Below, one piece after another: positions 7,857-17,792 of a stretch of 64,000 nucleotides of DNA. The DNA comes from a virus, in IMG/VR virus record IMGVR_UViG_3300036818_000088, positions 1-64,000 of that record. One strand, 5' to 3'. The position numbers and the translations under genes are program-made. The stretch's first letter is position 1. Each line of letters opens with the position of its first letter. Under the pieces are notes generated by a model. It ran no database searches, was not told where the DNA came from, and saw only the letters and a list, made by a program, of their open reading frames with translations.

Positions 7857-8582
7857 ATGAGTGCCCCACGGCGTCCGCAGAACGCTGCCGAAGCGCAGTT
7901 CTACGATGAGGCGATTGAGGAGGGCTGGCTTCCGATGAAGCGAGGATGGCCCGACTTCTTTCTCAGCCGCGCCGGCGAGATCGCTGTTGTCGAGATCAAG
8001 CCGAAGCATTCGAAACGGCTGAAGTCCGAGCAAATGAAGGTGCTCGAGGCTTTGGCGGGATTCGGCGTGCCAGCCTTCCGCTGGTCGCCTGACGGCGGCT
8101 TCGAGCGAATCGTGCCAGACGCAACATTGGGGGGTAAGGGGGGAGCAGTTTCCTCTTCTAAGAAAACGAAAAGAGGAAAACAACAAACATCTCTTTGGGA
8201 TGGGGGGTCCGGGGGGGGACCCTTTTTGGCCTCTCACTCCGAAGTGGATGCTGTCTGGGCTGCTTATGTCGAATTCATAAAGCCGCGCTGCGAGGTTGCA
8301 GGCGTTGAGGAGAGATCCTTCATCCACGCTGCACTCAAAGCGGCCAGCACCGATGAGGTCATTGCCTGCATCCGGGTTTGCTCTGAGTCCGACTTCCATA
8401 TGAAGCGCGGCCAGTTCAAGAATCGCAAGGGCGGCAAGTACACCGGTATCGGAAAGATCCTCAAGCCTCGGCCTCGTCTTGGCGAAACCCAGCGCTCGCG
8501 CATCGAATGGTGGCTGGACCGCGCCGAAGAGTCCGGCTCCGCCACCGACGAATTCGGCTGGACCGAGGAGGAGAGAACGTAG
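7857..8582 (+). CDS. VRR-NUC-type nuclease domain fused to a phage replication-initiator-like C-terminus
   Basis: GWPDFF..VVEIK..LKSEQ..L; G-rich low-complexity linker; EVDAVWAAY..; directly precedes DnaC-like loader. Confidence 0.6.
   Translation: MSAPRRPQNAAEAQFYDEAIEEGWLPMKRGWPDFFLSRAGEIAVVEIKPKHSKRLKSEQMKVLEALAGFGVPAFRWSPDGGFERIVPDATLGGKGGAVSSSKKTKRGKQQTSLWDGGSGGGPFLASHSEVDAVWAAYVEFIKPRCEVAGVEERSFIHAALKAASTDEVIACIRVCSESDFHMKRGQFKNRKGGKYTGIGKILKPRPRLGETQRSRIEWWLDRAEESGSATDEFGWTEEERT
8129..8218. other. Candidate replication origin inside the rep gene
   Basis: G6-TAA-G6 and G6-TCC-G8 flank an AT-rich inverted repeat TTTCCTCTT..AAGAGGAAA. Confidence 0.45.
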
Positions 8583-9334
8583 TGAAGGCGGTTCTGTCAG
8601 ATCGCGGCTCTACCGTTTGCTATATGGCCACGATCACCAAGAACTGCCGCGAATGCGGAGCCCGGCTTCGGCTGCAGCTTCCCGAAGGCGCCTTCACCCG
8701 CCAGATCGCCGAGCACCTGCCCGTGCTCTGCAACTCCTGCGGGGATGCAGCCGAGACCGCGGAAGAGAACCGCAAGCTCCAGGAACGACGTGAGGCCGCT
8801 GAGGCGATGTGCGGCATCCCTAACGCCCGGCGTCTCGGCTGGGATCAGATTGAGGTCGATGATCGAGGGTCGGCTATCGCTGCTGCCCGGCGCTGGGCAG
8901 AGGGCGAGCTGAACGGTCTCTTGCTCTGTGGCCCTGTCGGCACGGGGAAGACGCGGCTGGCCGGGATAGCGGCATGGGATCGCGTCCAACACGGTCACCA
9001 TATTCGCTGGGTCAGCGTCGCTCGCCTGGTCGCAATGGACCGCGCTGGCTTCGGCACCAATGAGAAGGCACAGGCCAGCCGCATCCTCACCGGAGCCTCG
9101 CCGCTCGTCCTCGACGATCTCGACAAGGTCGGCACCAACGCGACGGTCCGCTCGCTGCTCTACCTGGCGATCGACAACCGCATCGAGGCCGGGTCGCCCC
9201 TGCTCGTCACCACCAACCTCAAGCCCGACCAGCTCGCCGAGACCTTCGGCGAGGCGATCTCCTCACGCCTGCGCGGCGACTGCGAGGTCCATGTGCTGGC
9301 CGGGGCCGACCGGCGACAACTCGCCTCGGCGTGA
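8582..9334 (+). CDS. DnaC/IstB-like AAA+ helicase loader
   Basis: N-terminal CxxC..CxxC; GPVGTGKT Walker A; LVLDDL Walker B; TTNL; SRL. Confidence 0.9.
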   Translation: MKAVLSDRGSTVCYMATITKNCRECGARLRLQLPEGAFTRQIAEHLPVLCNSCGDAAETAEENRKLQERREAAEAMCGIPNARRLGWDQIEVDDRGSAIAAARRWAEGELNGLLLCGPVGTGKTRLAGIAAWDRVQHGHHIRWVSVARLVAMDRAGFGTNEKAQASRILTGASPLVLDDLDKVGTNATVRSLLYLAIDNRIEAGSPLLVTTNLKPDQLAETFGEAISSRLRGDCEVHVLAGADRRQLASA

Positions 9335-9681
9335 GTACTCCCCGCCATCAAGGGGAGCGCTGTTCACATTGTGGCGCCACATCGGCAGCGGTTGCGGTGG
9401 AGATCGCGGATCGGATAGCCCGACGCTATGGGTGCGATCTGAGTGAGTTGCGTAGTCCTAATCGCCGCAAGGATTTGGTGACGCTTCGTAAGCTGATCGT
9501 CGCAGTTCTACGCGGCGCTGGGTTCAGCTATCCGGTCATCGGTCGCGCTCTCGACCGCGACCACAGCACCCTCATCCAAAATCAACGAAAGATCGAAGAG
9601 GCTGAAAAGGCGGGCTTTGGTACGGCTGTTCCGGGAATGCCTTGGAATGCAGATCATCCTTGGCTGGTAGATCACCCATGA
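9331..9681 (+). CDS. DnaA C-terminal (domain IV)-like HTH protein
   Basis: SYPVIGRALDRDHSTL. Confidence 0.8.
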   Translation: MSTPRHQGERCSHCGATSAAVAVEIADRIARRYGCDLSELRSPNRRKDLVTLRKLIVAVLRGAGFSYPVIGRALDRDHSTLIQNQRKIEEAEKAGFGTAVPGMPWNADHPWLVDHP

Positions 9682-10298
9682 TCGGCAAGTGGACCAAGTC
9701 CCCTGGTGCCGAGCTGCTCGTCTATGCCGAGGTCGGTGGCAAACACATCCCCGCAGGTTCCAAGAACGGCTATGCCGTCCGCTACAAGGACGAACGGGGT
9801 ATCTGGCGGGTGAAGATCATGCGCGACGCCCAAGGCAACGAGAGCGCCTCGGTAACGGTCTCTGACCGCAACCAGAAGAGGCTCGAAAAGCGCGCTGTCG
9901 AGATCCAGGCGGCAGTACTCGGAGGGGCGCGCGGCACCGGCTTCTACATCCCCTCGCGCACGATTCCCCTCGCCGCCATCTGCACTTTCTACACGCCGCA
10001 CCCGAAAGCCCACTACGGCACCGGCGCCAACGCCGACAAGCTGAAGGATTCCGCCCCGGCGTTTCCGATCAGCCCGCCTGACGCGACAAAGCTCTGGAGA
10101 GGATTCGAGGACGCCTTGACCGGCTATATCTGGCACGATGATTCGCGCGTCGTCGGCCAGTTCATCAGCGAGGAATTCGTCGAACGCTGGGAACCGCCAA
10201 TGACTCGATTCTGGCTCTACGCCCTACCGGCGACGGTGGCCGAGCGGCGTGCTGTCGAGGGCGATCCAGTACAGGATTCCCTCCTCGCCGCGACATAG
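9678..10298 (+). CDS. rusA: RusA-family Holliday junction resolvase
   Basis: PAGSKN, PPDATKLWRGFEDALTGYIWHDDSRVV. Confidence 0.85.
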   Translation: MIGKWTKSPGAELLVYAEVGGKHIPAGSKNGYAVRYKDERGIWRVKIMRDAQGNESASVTVSDRNQKRLEKRAVEIQAAVLGGARGTGFYIPSRTIPLAAICTFYTPHPKAHYGTGANADKLKDSAPAFPISPPDATKLWRGFEDALTGYIWHDDSRVVGQFISEEFVERWEPPMTRFWLYALPATVAERRAVEGDPVQDSLLAAT

Positions 10299-10300
10299 GC

Positions 10301-10330
10301 TATGCTGGCTGAAGCAAATTCACCCGATCA
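10301..10330 (+). promoter_or_regulatory. Promoter with TGAA-N5-TTCA palindrome and CACCCGATC box
   Basis: TATGCT 10301-10306; TGAAGCAAATTCA 10310-10322; box 10321-10329; SD GAGGAG. Confidence 0.7.
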
Positions 10331-10342
10331 AGAGGAGTAGGG

Positions 10343-10534
10343 ATGCCAAAGCTGATCGCCGCCGGTGTACTCATTGCCGTTGGTCTCATCGTGATTGTCT
10401 CGCAGGTCTTTCGCAGCGATCCCAACGTGCCCGTCTTCTTCGGTGGCCTGCTGCTCTGCCTACTCGGCGGCATTGGCTTCTCTGATTCTGAAACCGAAAC
10501 CCAAATCGGCAACTACCGAGAGCGCCGCCGGTGA
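10343..10534 (+). CDS. Small 2-TM membrane protein
   Basis: Two hydrophobic segments; SD GAGGAG. Confidence 0.65.
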   Translation: MPKLIAAGVLIAVGLIVIVSQVFRSDPNVPVFFGGLLLCLLGGIGFSDSETETQIGNYRERRR

Positions 10535-10848
10535 TCGGGAAGCGCTACATCGACGGGGACAAGCTGCTGGAGCGGGCTTTCGGAAGGCTCAACGCGCCAC
10601 GCCCCATCGTCGACTGGCTGAAGCGCCAGCCGAGATCACCGAAGCTGATCGGCCGCCAGAAGGCCGCTGAGATCCTCGGCGTAGGCTCGCCCTACATGAC
10701 CCACTTCATCAAGTCCGGGCAGCTCAAACCGATCAGCGTCGAAGGCGGCAAGGACGCTTATGACGAGATCGAAGTCAAGGCACTCGCGGCGAAGCGAGCG
10801 CGCGAACGTCGGGAGAAGGCGAAGAGGGAGGCTGACGCTCATGCCTGA
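10531..10848 (+). CDS. MerR/excisionase-like HTH protein
   Basis: LIGRQKAAEILGV..GQLKP..YDEIEVKAL. Confidence 0.7.
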   Translation: MIGKRYIDGDKLLERAFGRLNAPRPIVDWLKRQPRSPKLIGRQKAAEILGVGSPYMTHFIKSGQLKPISVEGGKDAYDEIEVKALAAKRARERREKAKREADAHA

Positions 10849-11209
10849 CCGCATAGAGGGACTGGAGGAGGAGGTCGAAGCCTCTGCCCGCGTGCTGTAC
10901 CTAAGCCGCTATCCCGACCAGAATTGGATGTGGGTTGATCCGCCGACGAAACACACGTATCGCGGTCTCGCGAGGGCAGCTATCCGCCCCTTCCTCTCCT
11001 CCATCGCCAACCAAGAGCACCGGCTAGTGAGGGAGGCGCTCATGGGGGAGTTCGATCTACGAATTAAGACGGCAGCGCAGAACCGAAATGTATTTATGGT
11101 GGAGAGTTACCAGCGAGCCAAGGACACGACGCTAGCGATCTTCGATGACCTAGATGGCGATGACGGAGAGGCTGTGTCTATTACCCCTACGAGCAAGGAG
11201 GAAGACTGA
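10841..11209 (+). CDS. Hypothetical protein
   Basis: ATG after GGAGG; EASARVLY..YRGLARAAI family. Confidence 0.6.
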   Translation: MPDRIEGLEEEVEASARVLYLSRYPDQNWMWVDPPTKHTYRGLARAAIRPFLSSIANQEHRLVREALMGEFDLRIKTAAQNRNVFMVESYQRAKDTTLAIFDDLDGDDGEAVSITPTSKEED

Positions 11210-12105
11210 TGGAGCAGCAGGTAGTCGAGAAGGCCAGCCGCCGCACAACGCTGATTCTCGGCGAGGTGCAAGCGCCGATCGGCCTCTTCAAAGTCAGCCG
11301 CGATCCGGCCCGTGCCCGCGCTTGGCAGAAGCCCCCGGTCGAGGCCGACCCCGAAGACCGCGAACTGGGCGATGCGCTCGCCGGCACGACCCCCAAAGCC
11401 TCCGTCGACAAGGGCAAGCCCACCGGCGGGGAGCCGATGCCGCACCCCGACAAGGCCGCCGAGGAGAAGCCCGAGAAGCCCCGCAAAGGCATCGTCAAGG
11501 CCGACGGCGAGTTCGTCGACCTGACCGAGCAGATCGAGGCGATCGCCGAGCGCACGACGCTCGACTGCCTTGAGGTCGTCTCCTTCATCCGTCGCCAGCA
11601 GGTGCCGCGCGAGCGCATCACCAACGCCTACTACGTCGGCACCGGCACCCGCAAGAAGGGAGAGGGTCATTCACCCACGCAGGTGCTCGCGCTGCTCTAC
11701 CAGGGCTTGAAGCTCCGGGGCCGCGCCGCAGTCGTGCGCTGGGGCATCCGCACCAAATCGGCTGTCGGCGTAATGATCGCCCACGGCTCCGGCTCCCTCG
11801 TCGTGCTGGAGCTTGCCTACGCCGAGAACGTGCTGGCGCCGAACCCCGAGTGCCTCGCCCACCAGCACGTCGCCTTGGATCAGGGCCGAGTCGAGCAGAT
11901 GGCCGACCTGATCGACGCGATGGCAGAGCCGCGGGCCTCGCTCGATGACATCCGTGACCACCGCGCGATGCTCGAGGCAGAGCTAGTAGTGCGCACCGAG
12001 CATGGCGAGCTAGACGACTTCACCGCCGAGACCTATGAGGCTGACGAGCAGCTCGGCGACCTCGCGCATCTGCTTGAGGAGTCCCTGCAGGCCGCTGCCG
12101 CCTAG
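11209..12105 (+). CDS. ku: Ku-like DNA end-binding protein
   Basis: LILGEVQAPIGLFK, KGIVKADGEFVDL, EVVSFI, AYYVG, LALLYQGL..AAVVRW, LEESL. Confidence 0.85.
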   Translation: MEQQVVEKASRRTTLILGEVQAPIGLFKVSRDPARARAWQKPPVEADPEDRELGDALAGTTPKASVDKGKPTGGEPMPHPDKAAEEKPEKPRKGIVKADGEFVDLTEQIEAIAERTTLDCLEVVSFIRRQQVPRERITNAYYVGTGTRKKGEGHSPTQVLALLYQGLKLRGRAAVVRWGIRTKSAVGVMIAHGSGSLVVLELAYAENVLAPNPECLAHQHVALDQGRVEQMADLIDAMAEPRASLDDIRDHRAMLEAELVVRTEHGELDDFTAETYEADEQLGDLAHLLEESLQAAAA

Positions 12106-12132
12106 CGCCAACCACGAACCGAAGGAGAACCA

Positions 12133-12834
12133 ATGGCCGAGAAATCCGAGAAAGGCAAGAGCGGCGTCATCGCCAAAAGACATCGCGAGATCCGAGACGC
12201 AGGCCAGCGCCTCGTCTTCGTCGGTCTCGACCTTCCCTCTGAGATCGTCGTCAAGGCACTGAGCGAGTCGACCAAGCAGCCACCGCTCCCCGGCGCTAAG
12301 CCGGCCTCGGAGAAAGAAAAGGAGGCGGAGCTAAAGCGGGTGCTGGAGCTGCTCACCGGCAGCGATGACGATGGCAAGCCCACCATCTCAGTCTGGGTCC
12401 GCGTCGGCGGGATCATCGACGGCAGCCCGACCAAGCCCGACGCCGTCCAAGCTGCGATCGACGTGCCGATGGGCCGCAAGGTGCCGGAGAGACCGTGGCC
12501 GAAAGCGCTCTACGCGAGGAAGGGCCCAGACTGGATTGTCACCCCGCGCTTTTCGACGGTTCCCGGTGGCGCGGCGAACGAACCTGACCTCGAAGAGGAA
12601 ACCTACGTCCCCGTCTCCGCCCTTCTCTCCGATGAGGTTGTAGAGGCGGCGGCTAAGGCTCAATACGAGGACGCCGTTTCTGAAGTCGAGGACGCTTTGG
12701 GTCCCGACGACGAGCATGAACCGGAGGGCGTCTGGGACGCCGAGCGAGACAGCATGAAAGAGCTATTTCGCTCAAAGGTCCGTGTGAACTTCCAGGCCGC
12801 CATAGACCACCTAGGAGGAACCGATGCCCACTGA
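12133..12834 (+). CDS. Hypothetical protein (apparently modular)
   Basis: SD AAGGAG; C-terminal EAAAKAQYE module. Confidence 0.6.
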   Translation: MAEKSEKGKSGVIAKRHREIRDAGQRLVFVGLDLPSEIVVKALSESTKQPPLPGAKPASEKEKEAELKRVLELLTGSDDDGKPTISVWVRVGGIIDGSPTKPDAVQAAIDVPMGRKVPERPWPKALYARKGPDWIVTPRFSTVPGGAANEPDLEEETYVPVSALLSDEVVEAAAKAQYEDAVSEVEDALGPDDEHEPEGVWDAERDSMKELFRSKVRVNFQAAIDHLGGTDAH

Positions 12835-13045
12835 CCAGACAGAGCAGGTAACCGTGAGTAAGCGTTCGCAGCGGTGTCCATCCTGCGACTCGCCCCACGC
12901 CTCTCGCTTCCCCGCAACGGCCTTCGAGGGCGAAGCGCTCGCCTGCGCGGACGAGTGGCACCTGACCGACCCGCAGTCACCGCCTACCGAGACCATGCAC
13001 TCGCTAGTCGAGCGAGGCCGAAAGAACGAGGCCGGCCGTGTCTAG
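12824..13045 (+). CDS. Hypothetical protein (CPSC..C..WH)
   Basis: SD AGGAGG; TEQVT start motif. Confidence 0.5.
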   Translation: MPTDQTEQVTVSKRSQRCPSCDSPHASRFPATAFEGEALACADEWHLTDPQSPPTETMHSLVERGRKNEAGRV

Positions 13046-13397
13046 TCATACGACAGAGCAGGTAACACAGTCCACTGAGGTACCGGAGGAGGCGATTGCG
13101 GCGGTGCTGGCGAGCGTCCTTGGCAAGGAAGCCGCCCGCGCATTGGTCGCTGGTCCGTCTTGGATGCACGACGCGGCCATGAAAGCCCTTCGAGATGCCG
13201 CCCCAGCCCTTCGCAAACAAGGAGCCGAGGAAGAGAGAGAGCGGCTACTGGCGATCGTCAAGCAGTTCCACAATAACGCGGTTCGCAGCAAGATTGTGGC
13301 CGAGGAGCAGAACGAAGATTCGTCAGTCGAGTCGATCCGAGTCGGAGAGTTGCGAGAAGTCTTCGTCGCCCTAACCGACAACCAGGAGGCTTCCTGA
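13038..13397 (+). CDS. Hypothetical protein, paralog of 24972-25430
   Basis: Shares EVPEEA, AAPALRKQGAEE and terminal DNQEA. Confidence 0.6.
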   Translation: MSSHTTEQVTQSTEVPEEAIAAVLASVLGKEAARALVAGPSWMHDAAMKALRDAAPALRKQGAEEERERLLAIVKQFHNNAVRSKIVAEEQNEDSSVESIRVGELREVFVALTDNQEAS

Positions 13398-13624
13398 TGG
13401 CAACGGTCGCTGAAGTGAAAAAGGAACGCGAGGCTCCGACCGTCGCGGTTGAGCTAACCGAGCGCGAGCTTCTCCGCGTGATGAAGGCGGCGACGGCCGA
13501 TGAGGTCCGCTGCGAGCAGGCCAGCGACATGGCCCTGAGCAGCATCGGGGAGCCTGCCGTCTACACGCTCGCGGAGAAGCTGCAAGGCGCATTTCGCAGC
13601 GCGGACTTCGGGGAGACTCCCTGA
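13397..13624 (+). CDS. Hypothetical protein
   Basis: TGATG coupling at both ends. Confidence 0.6.
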   Translation: MATVAEVKKEREAPTVAVELTERELLRVMKAATADEVRCEQASDMALSSIGEPAVYTLAEKLQGAFRSADFGETP

Positions 13625-14274
13625 TGGCCGGGTGGAGCGAGCAGTGGACGCTGCGGTCAAAGTCGGAGCCGCCGTACGTGATGACGAAGGGTGGTCCCGC
13701 CATCTACGGCGACCAAACCGTAGAGGTCGTCCCCAAGCTAGAGGCCGAGCAGCAGATCGACAACGCCCTCAAACAGGGAGCCGACCAGGAGCGTCAGCGA
13801 TTCTTTGCACTACTCGACAAAGAGATTGTGATCGCCGAAGCGGTGAGCCATCGCGCCCACGTGAACGTCCTCAAGAGCTTCCAGTCTGCGGTGCTAGCAG
13901 CCAACCAGGAGGTTCCGATGCCAGCTAAAGCGCCTAAAGAATGGCCAGAGCGCCTGAATCTCTCCGCTCTGACGAATGCGTTTGCGACCTTCCCTGATGA
14001 GCGCGAGGAGGACGGTGCTCAAAGCCGCCGCCCTTATGTGCGGGCGGATATCGCTGCGCAAGCTGTTCTCCAGGCCCAAGCAGAGGATGCCCAGCCGGAG
14101 CGTCAGCGGCTTAAGGAGGCGCTGGAGAAGCAGATCAAACTTCGCATCGACGGTGAGGAACGCGGCCAGAAAGCGGCGAAGGAGATCGGCTCAATCGAGA
14201 AAAGTCTCGGGCACAACGCCGCCCGCGAAGCCTACGAAAGTGTCCTCGCCGTCCTGGAGGCCGATCGTGGCTGA
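13624..14274 (+). CDS. Hypothetical protein, probable in-frame fusion of two small genes
   Basis: Internal AACCAGGAGGTTCCGATG (SD plus ATG at 13918). Confidence 0.55.
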   Translation: MAGWSEQWTLRSKSEPPYVMTKGGPAIYGDQTVEVVPKLEAEQQIDNALKQGADQERQRFFALLDKEIVIAEAVSHRAHVNVLKSFQSAVLAANQEVPMPAKAPKEWPERLNLSALTNAFATFPDEREEDGAQSRRPYVRADIAAQAVLQAQAEDAQPERQRLKEALEKQIKLRIDGEERGQKAAKEIGSIEKSLGHNAAREAYESVLAVLEADRG

Positions 14275-15244
14275 GGGGGTGGAGCGGTTCGTAATCTCAC
14301 AAACGCCGACTGGCCCAGCCACCTACAAGGATGGTGCTGGCCCCTGGGTCCACTACTCCGACTATGAGAAGGAGAAGACGCGGGCGGACGAACTCGCGGC
14401 AACGGATGAGGCTCAGCTTGAAAACTGCATCCTCGAACTCGAAGCCCGCGCCCAGAAAGCTGAGGACGCGCTTGCCGAGACGCTCGCAGACCGTGACGCC
14501 GCCTACAAGGGCGAGGAAATTGCCCAGCGTGAACGCGATCAAGCCCGCCAAGAGGTAAAGCGGCTGAAGGCCGAACGCTCAGAGGCAATCCGCGTTGTAG
14601 GCCACCGGCTCTTGTCGCACCCGCTCGTTACGACGATGGACGAGGTCCACCGAAACGCGATCAGCACGGTCCTCGATGCTCTGCTGGAAACTGGCGGACG
14701 GCCTAGTTGGAAATCGCAAGAGGAAGCCCGCCAAGAGGTGCTAGAGGAGGTGGCGGCTGAGTTCGAGAGGCGAGCGAAAGAGCAAGTGAAGAACGAGGCC
14801 GAGTGGGTCGAATCGAAGATGGCTGCGCTCACCTACGAGGCCGCCGCTGCTCATTGCCGCGGCCTCGCCACCCTTGATCCCTCTGGGGAAGTCGAGACCG
14901 ACGTTGACCGCGAGCTAACTGAACGGGCGGCCCATCCCTCCGGGGAGCAGGGGGAGGAGAAGTGCGTCAGCACCATTGTGGACTTCCTCGTCTCTTGGCG
15001 CTACTGCCCCGTGGCCACGGCACCGAACCCATCACTATCGTGCCTCGAAGACGCCGCTAAGCAACTGCTCGCTGCCCTTCGCACCCCCGTTACCGATACC
15101 TCCAAGGAGGAGGCCGACGGCTCGGATCGGTGCGGGGGTTCACGTCAAGTAAAGCGCTGGGGGGCCGGCGGAATGTTCGACTACGTGCCCTGTCAGGGGT
15201 GCATCGACTGTGATCCCTCCAAGGAGGAGCGAGAGGATGCCTGA
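14267..15244 (+). CDS. Hypothetical mosaic coiled-coil protein
   Basis: GTG after GGAGG; internal 14-16-bp direct repeats. Confidence 0.6.
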   Translation: MAEGVERFVISQTPTGPATYKDGAGPWVHYSDYEKEKTRADELAATDEAQLENCILELEARAQKAEDALAETLADRDAAYKGEEIAQRERDQARQEVKRLKAERSEAIRVVGHRLLSHPLVTTMDEVHRNAISTVLDALLETGGRPSWKSQEEARQEVLEEVAAEFERRAKEQVKNEAEWVESKMAALTYEAAAAHCRGLATLDPSGEVETDVDRELTERAAHPSGEQGEEKCVSTIVDFLVSWRYCPVATAPNPSLSCLEDAAKQLLAALRTPVTDTSKEEADGSDRCGGSRQVKRWGAGGMFDYVPCQGCIDCDPSKEEREDA

Positions 15245-15639
15245 GAACGCGATCAGCAACGACCGCGCCGACCGGATCATTCACCACCTGGCGGAGTGCC
15301 ATCGGGAGATTGTCGCCGCCGCCGAAGCTGAGGAGATCGATACCTGGATGGCGGCTGATCTAGTAGGCATCCTCTTCGACAAGGCGAAGGACGAAATCAA
15401 CCGTCGCCGCGCTGCTTCTTCCAAGGAGGTGCAGGGCGATGGCTAAATACGCGGTCACGATCCGTGGCCTAGCAGAGCAGGTCGTGTATGTGAAGGCAGA
15501 GTCGCGCTCCGCCGCGCGAGAGGCCGCCCGTAATCGCGAGTTCCACGACGCTCAGGAAATCGACTTCGCTTCGGGTCATCCCGTATGGCCTTCGCGGGAG
15601 CCGGTTGACCTCTTGGAGGTGGAAGGCGATGGCGAGTAG
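15237..15639 (+). CDS. Two small hypothetical ORFs (15237-15446, 15439-15639)
   Basis: Each preceded by AAGGAGG; overlapping. Confidence 0.55.
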
Positions 15640-16501
15640 CCCAGCCCAACCGCAGCAACTTCTCGACATTGAGATCTGGCAGGCGTGTGAACGCGCAATC
15701 GAGCAAGAGAACCCCTCCCATGTCTTCGGCCTCTTCTCCGGCGGCCACGACTCAGTGTGCGCCCTGCACCGCATCGCCCAGCACCCACGCTTCACCGCAG
15801 CCGTCCACCTCAACACGGGCATTGGCATCCCCGAGACACGCGAGTACGTCTACGAGACCTGCAAAGCATTCGGCTGGCCCTTGATCGAGATGCACGCCGA
15901 GCGCGAGTACGAGGAGATGGTCCTCGACGGCGTCAAAACAAAGCGCGGCATTAACCGAGGCTTCCCCGGCGGCGATGCTTCCCATAAGACCTATTACCAC
16001 TGGCTAAAGCAACGCCAGATCCGCCGCTTGGTCCGAGAGCACAAGCAGCACGATGGCGACCGCATCGCCCTCTCAACTGGAGCCCGCAGGGAGGAGTCCC
16101 AGCGGCGCATGTCAGCGGCCCTAGCGGTTCCCGTTCGACGTGAGGGCGCCCAGCTCTGGCTGAACCCAATCCTTGCCTTCACTTCCAAAGACAAGGACGC
16201 CGATATGGAGACACACGGTATTGAGCGCAACCCCGTGGTTGACATGCTCCATCGCTCGGGAGAGTGCCTGTGCGGTGCGTTGGCCCAGGCCGACGAAATC
16301 CGCGAGATTGAGCTGTTCTTCCCAGACATCGCGCAACGCATCCACGATCTTGAGGAGAAAGTTGAGAGGGCTGGTATCGCAGCTTGCCGTTGGGCAAATC
16401 GCCTTCCCAGCGGTGTCTCCAACGACCAAGAGGCAATGCCTCTCTGCATCGCCTGTACGCCTGTTTTGGAGGAGCCGATCCGAGGAGCCACACACCGATG
16501 A
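15629..16501 (+). CDS. PAPS-reductase-family (PP-loop) protein
   Basis: FSGGHDS, NTGIG, TGARREESQRR, NPI, SGECLCGA. Confidence 0.85.
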   Translation: MASSPAQPQQLLDIEIWQACERAIEQENPSHVFGLFSGGHDSVCALHRIAQHPRFTAAVHLNTGIGIPETREYVYETCKAFGWPLIEMHAEREYEEMVLDGVKTKRGINRGFPGGDASHKTYYHWLKQRQIRRLVREHKQHDGDRIALSTGARREESQRRMSAALAVPVRREGAQLWLNPILAFTSKDKDADMETHGIERNPVVDMLHRSGECLCGALAQADEIREIELFFPDIAQRIHDLEEKVERAGIAACRWANRLPSGVSNDQEAMPLCIACTPVLEEPIRGATHR

Positions 16502-17041
16502 GTAAGCAGGAGGAGGCGATCGAACGACTGATTCGCGAGTACGAGGACCGGGCCTCGGCACAGAACGCCTATCGCCAGGTCGCCGCCACATATCGAGGGG
16601 TCATCAGAGACCTTCAAAAGCTGCTCTCTCCGGTTGATTACGAGGTCAAGAGGACCGACCATGAGTAAGCTAGGGGGGGACGAGATCAAGCTGACCGAAG
16701 CGCAACGACGGGTGCTGAGAGACGCTGCGCGCGACTTGCACGGAGAACGGACCTGCCACGTCGGTCCAGGTGGCGCCCGCGCTGCCAAGGCGCTCGAAGC
16801 TCTCGGCCTTGGCACTTACTACCGCCGGACACAGCGCGGCAGCCGCTTCAACCGCGAAGTCTCGCCGTCGCGCTTCGTCATCAGGGAGGCCGGGATCGAT
16901 GCTCTCGACTTGGGGACCGACCATGAGCTGAAGGCGAGCGGGTCACCACCGTCAACAGGCAGGGCTGGCTCGTTGGGCTTGAGGTTCTGCACTCCCCCCT
17001 ACGGCAGGGAGGTGGGGAGGGATGAGCGACAGCGGAGCTAA
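16498..17041 (+). CDS. Two small hypothetical ORFs (16498-16668, 16661-17041)
   Basis: Both start ATGAGTAAGC; second has KLTEAQRRVL winged-helix-like motif. Confidence 0.5.
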
Positions 17042-17792
17042 AGGAAAACCGAAGAAAAAACTGCCGCGTAAACACGGAACCAGAGCCAAGTACATCAAGG
17101 AGAAATGCCATTGTCCTCGATGCCGCGAAGCCAACAATGACTACCTCGCCAAGCGCCGCTCCAAAAAGCGCGCGGATGCAGCCAAAGTCCCGACCGGCTC
17201 TAACCTCACCACCGCCCAAAAATCCATCCGCGATTCGCTGATCGTCAGCCGGCGCAATCAGGGCTGGTCATTTGAGAAGATCGGCAAAGAGGTCAAGCTG
17301 GGGGTCAGGGCGACGGAAATGGCGTACGAGCGCAAGCTTGCCTCGATGGAGTCGGTGCTGGAGGTCGATGCGAGGAAGATCGTCGAAAGGCTGATAACGG
17401 AAATCCAGTTCTCGGTCGGAGACCTGGAGCAGATCGCTCTCGCCGCGATCGAAGCCGGCAATACCGCCTCGGCGGTCAGCGCCAAGCGAGCGGCCAACGA
17501 GGCGCGAGAGCGCCTACAGAACCTTCTGCAGACGACCGGCGTCCTGCCACACGACCTCGGCACGATCAAACATCAGCTCGAATTCCGCGTCGTCGTCGTG
17601 GAGATCGTCAAACTGGTTCACACCTTCGTCGGGGAAATCGAGGCCATCGCCTTGCCCGAGGACAAGCGACCCGAAGTGCTGAAGGCCGCAGGCAAGCTCA
17701 CCACCGGCCTCGAGCAACTCGACGAGCAACCGAGCGCGAACGGAGGAGACGATGGAACAGCTGAAAAAGAAACAGCCGCAACCGCTTCGTGA
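17022..17792 (+). CDS. Zn-knuckle plus HTH protein, candidate terminase small subunit
   Basis: HGT..Y..CHCPRCREAN; GWSFEKIGKEVKLG HTH; helical C-terminus. Confidence 0.45.
   Translation: MSDSGAKGKPKKKLPRKHGTRAKYIKEKCHCPRCREANNDYLAKRRSKKRADAAKVPTGSNLTTAQKSIRDSLIVSRRNQGWSFEKIGKEVKLGVRATEMAYERKLASMESVLEVDARKIVERLITEIQFSVGDLEQIALAAIEAGNTASAVSAKRAANEARERLQNLLQTTGVLPHDLGTIKHQLEFRVVVVEIVKLVHTFVGEIEAIALPEDKRPEVLKAAGKLTTGLEQLDEQPSANGGDDGTAEKETAATAS

Noticed and set aside
7550-7909. 119-aa ORF across the structured region
   Set aside because: No SD, atypical codon usage, overlaps the rep start; hairpin density favours non-coding
15629-16501. cysH sulfur-metabolism auxiliary gene
   Set aside because: No other sulfur genes; family-level motifs only
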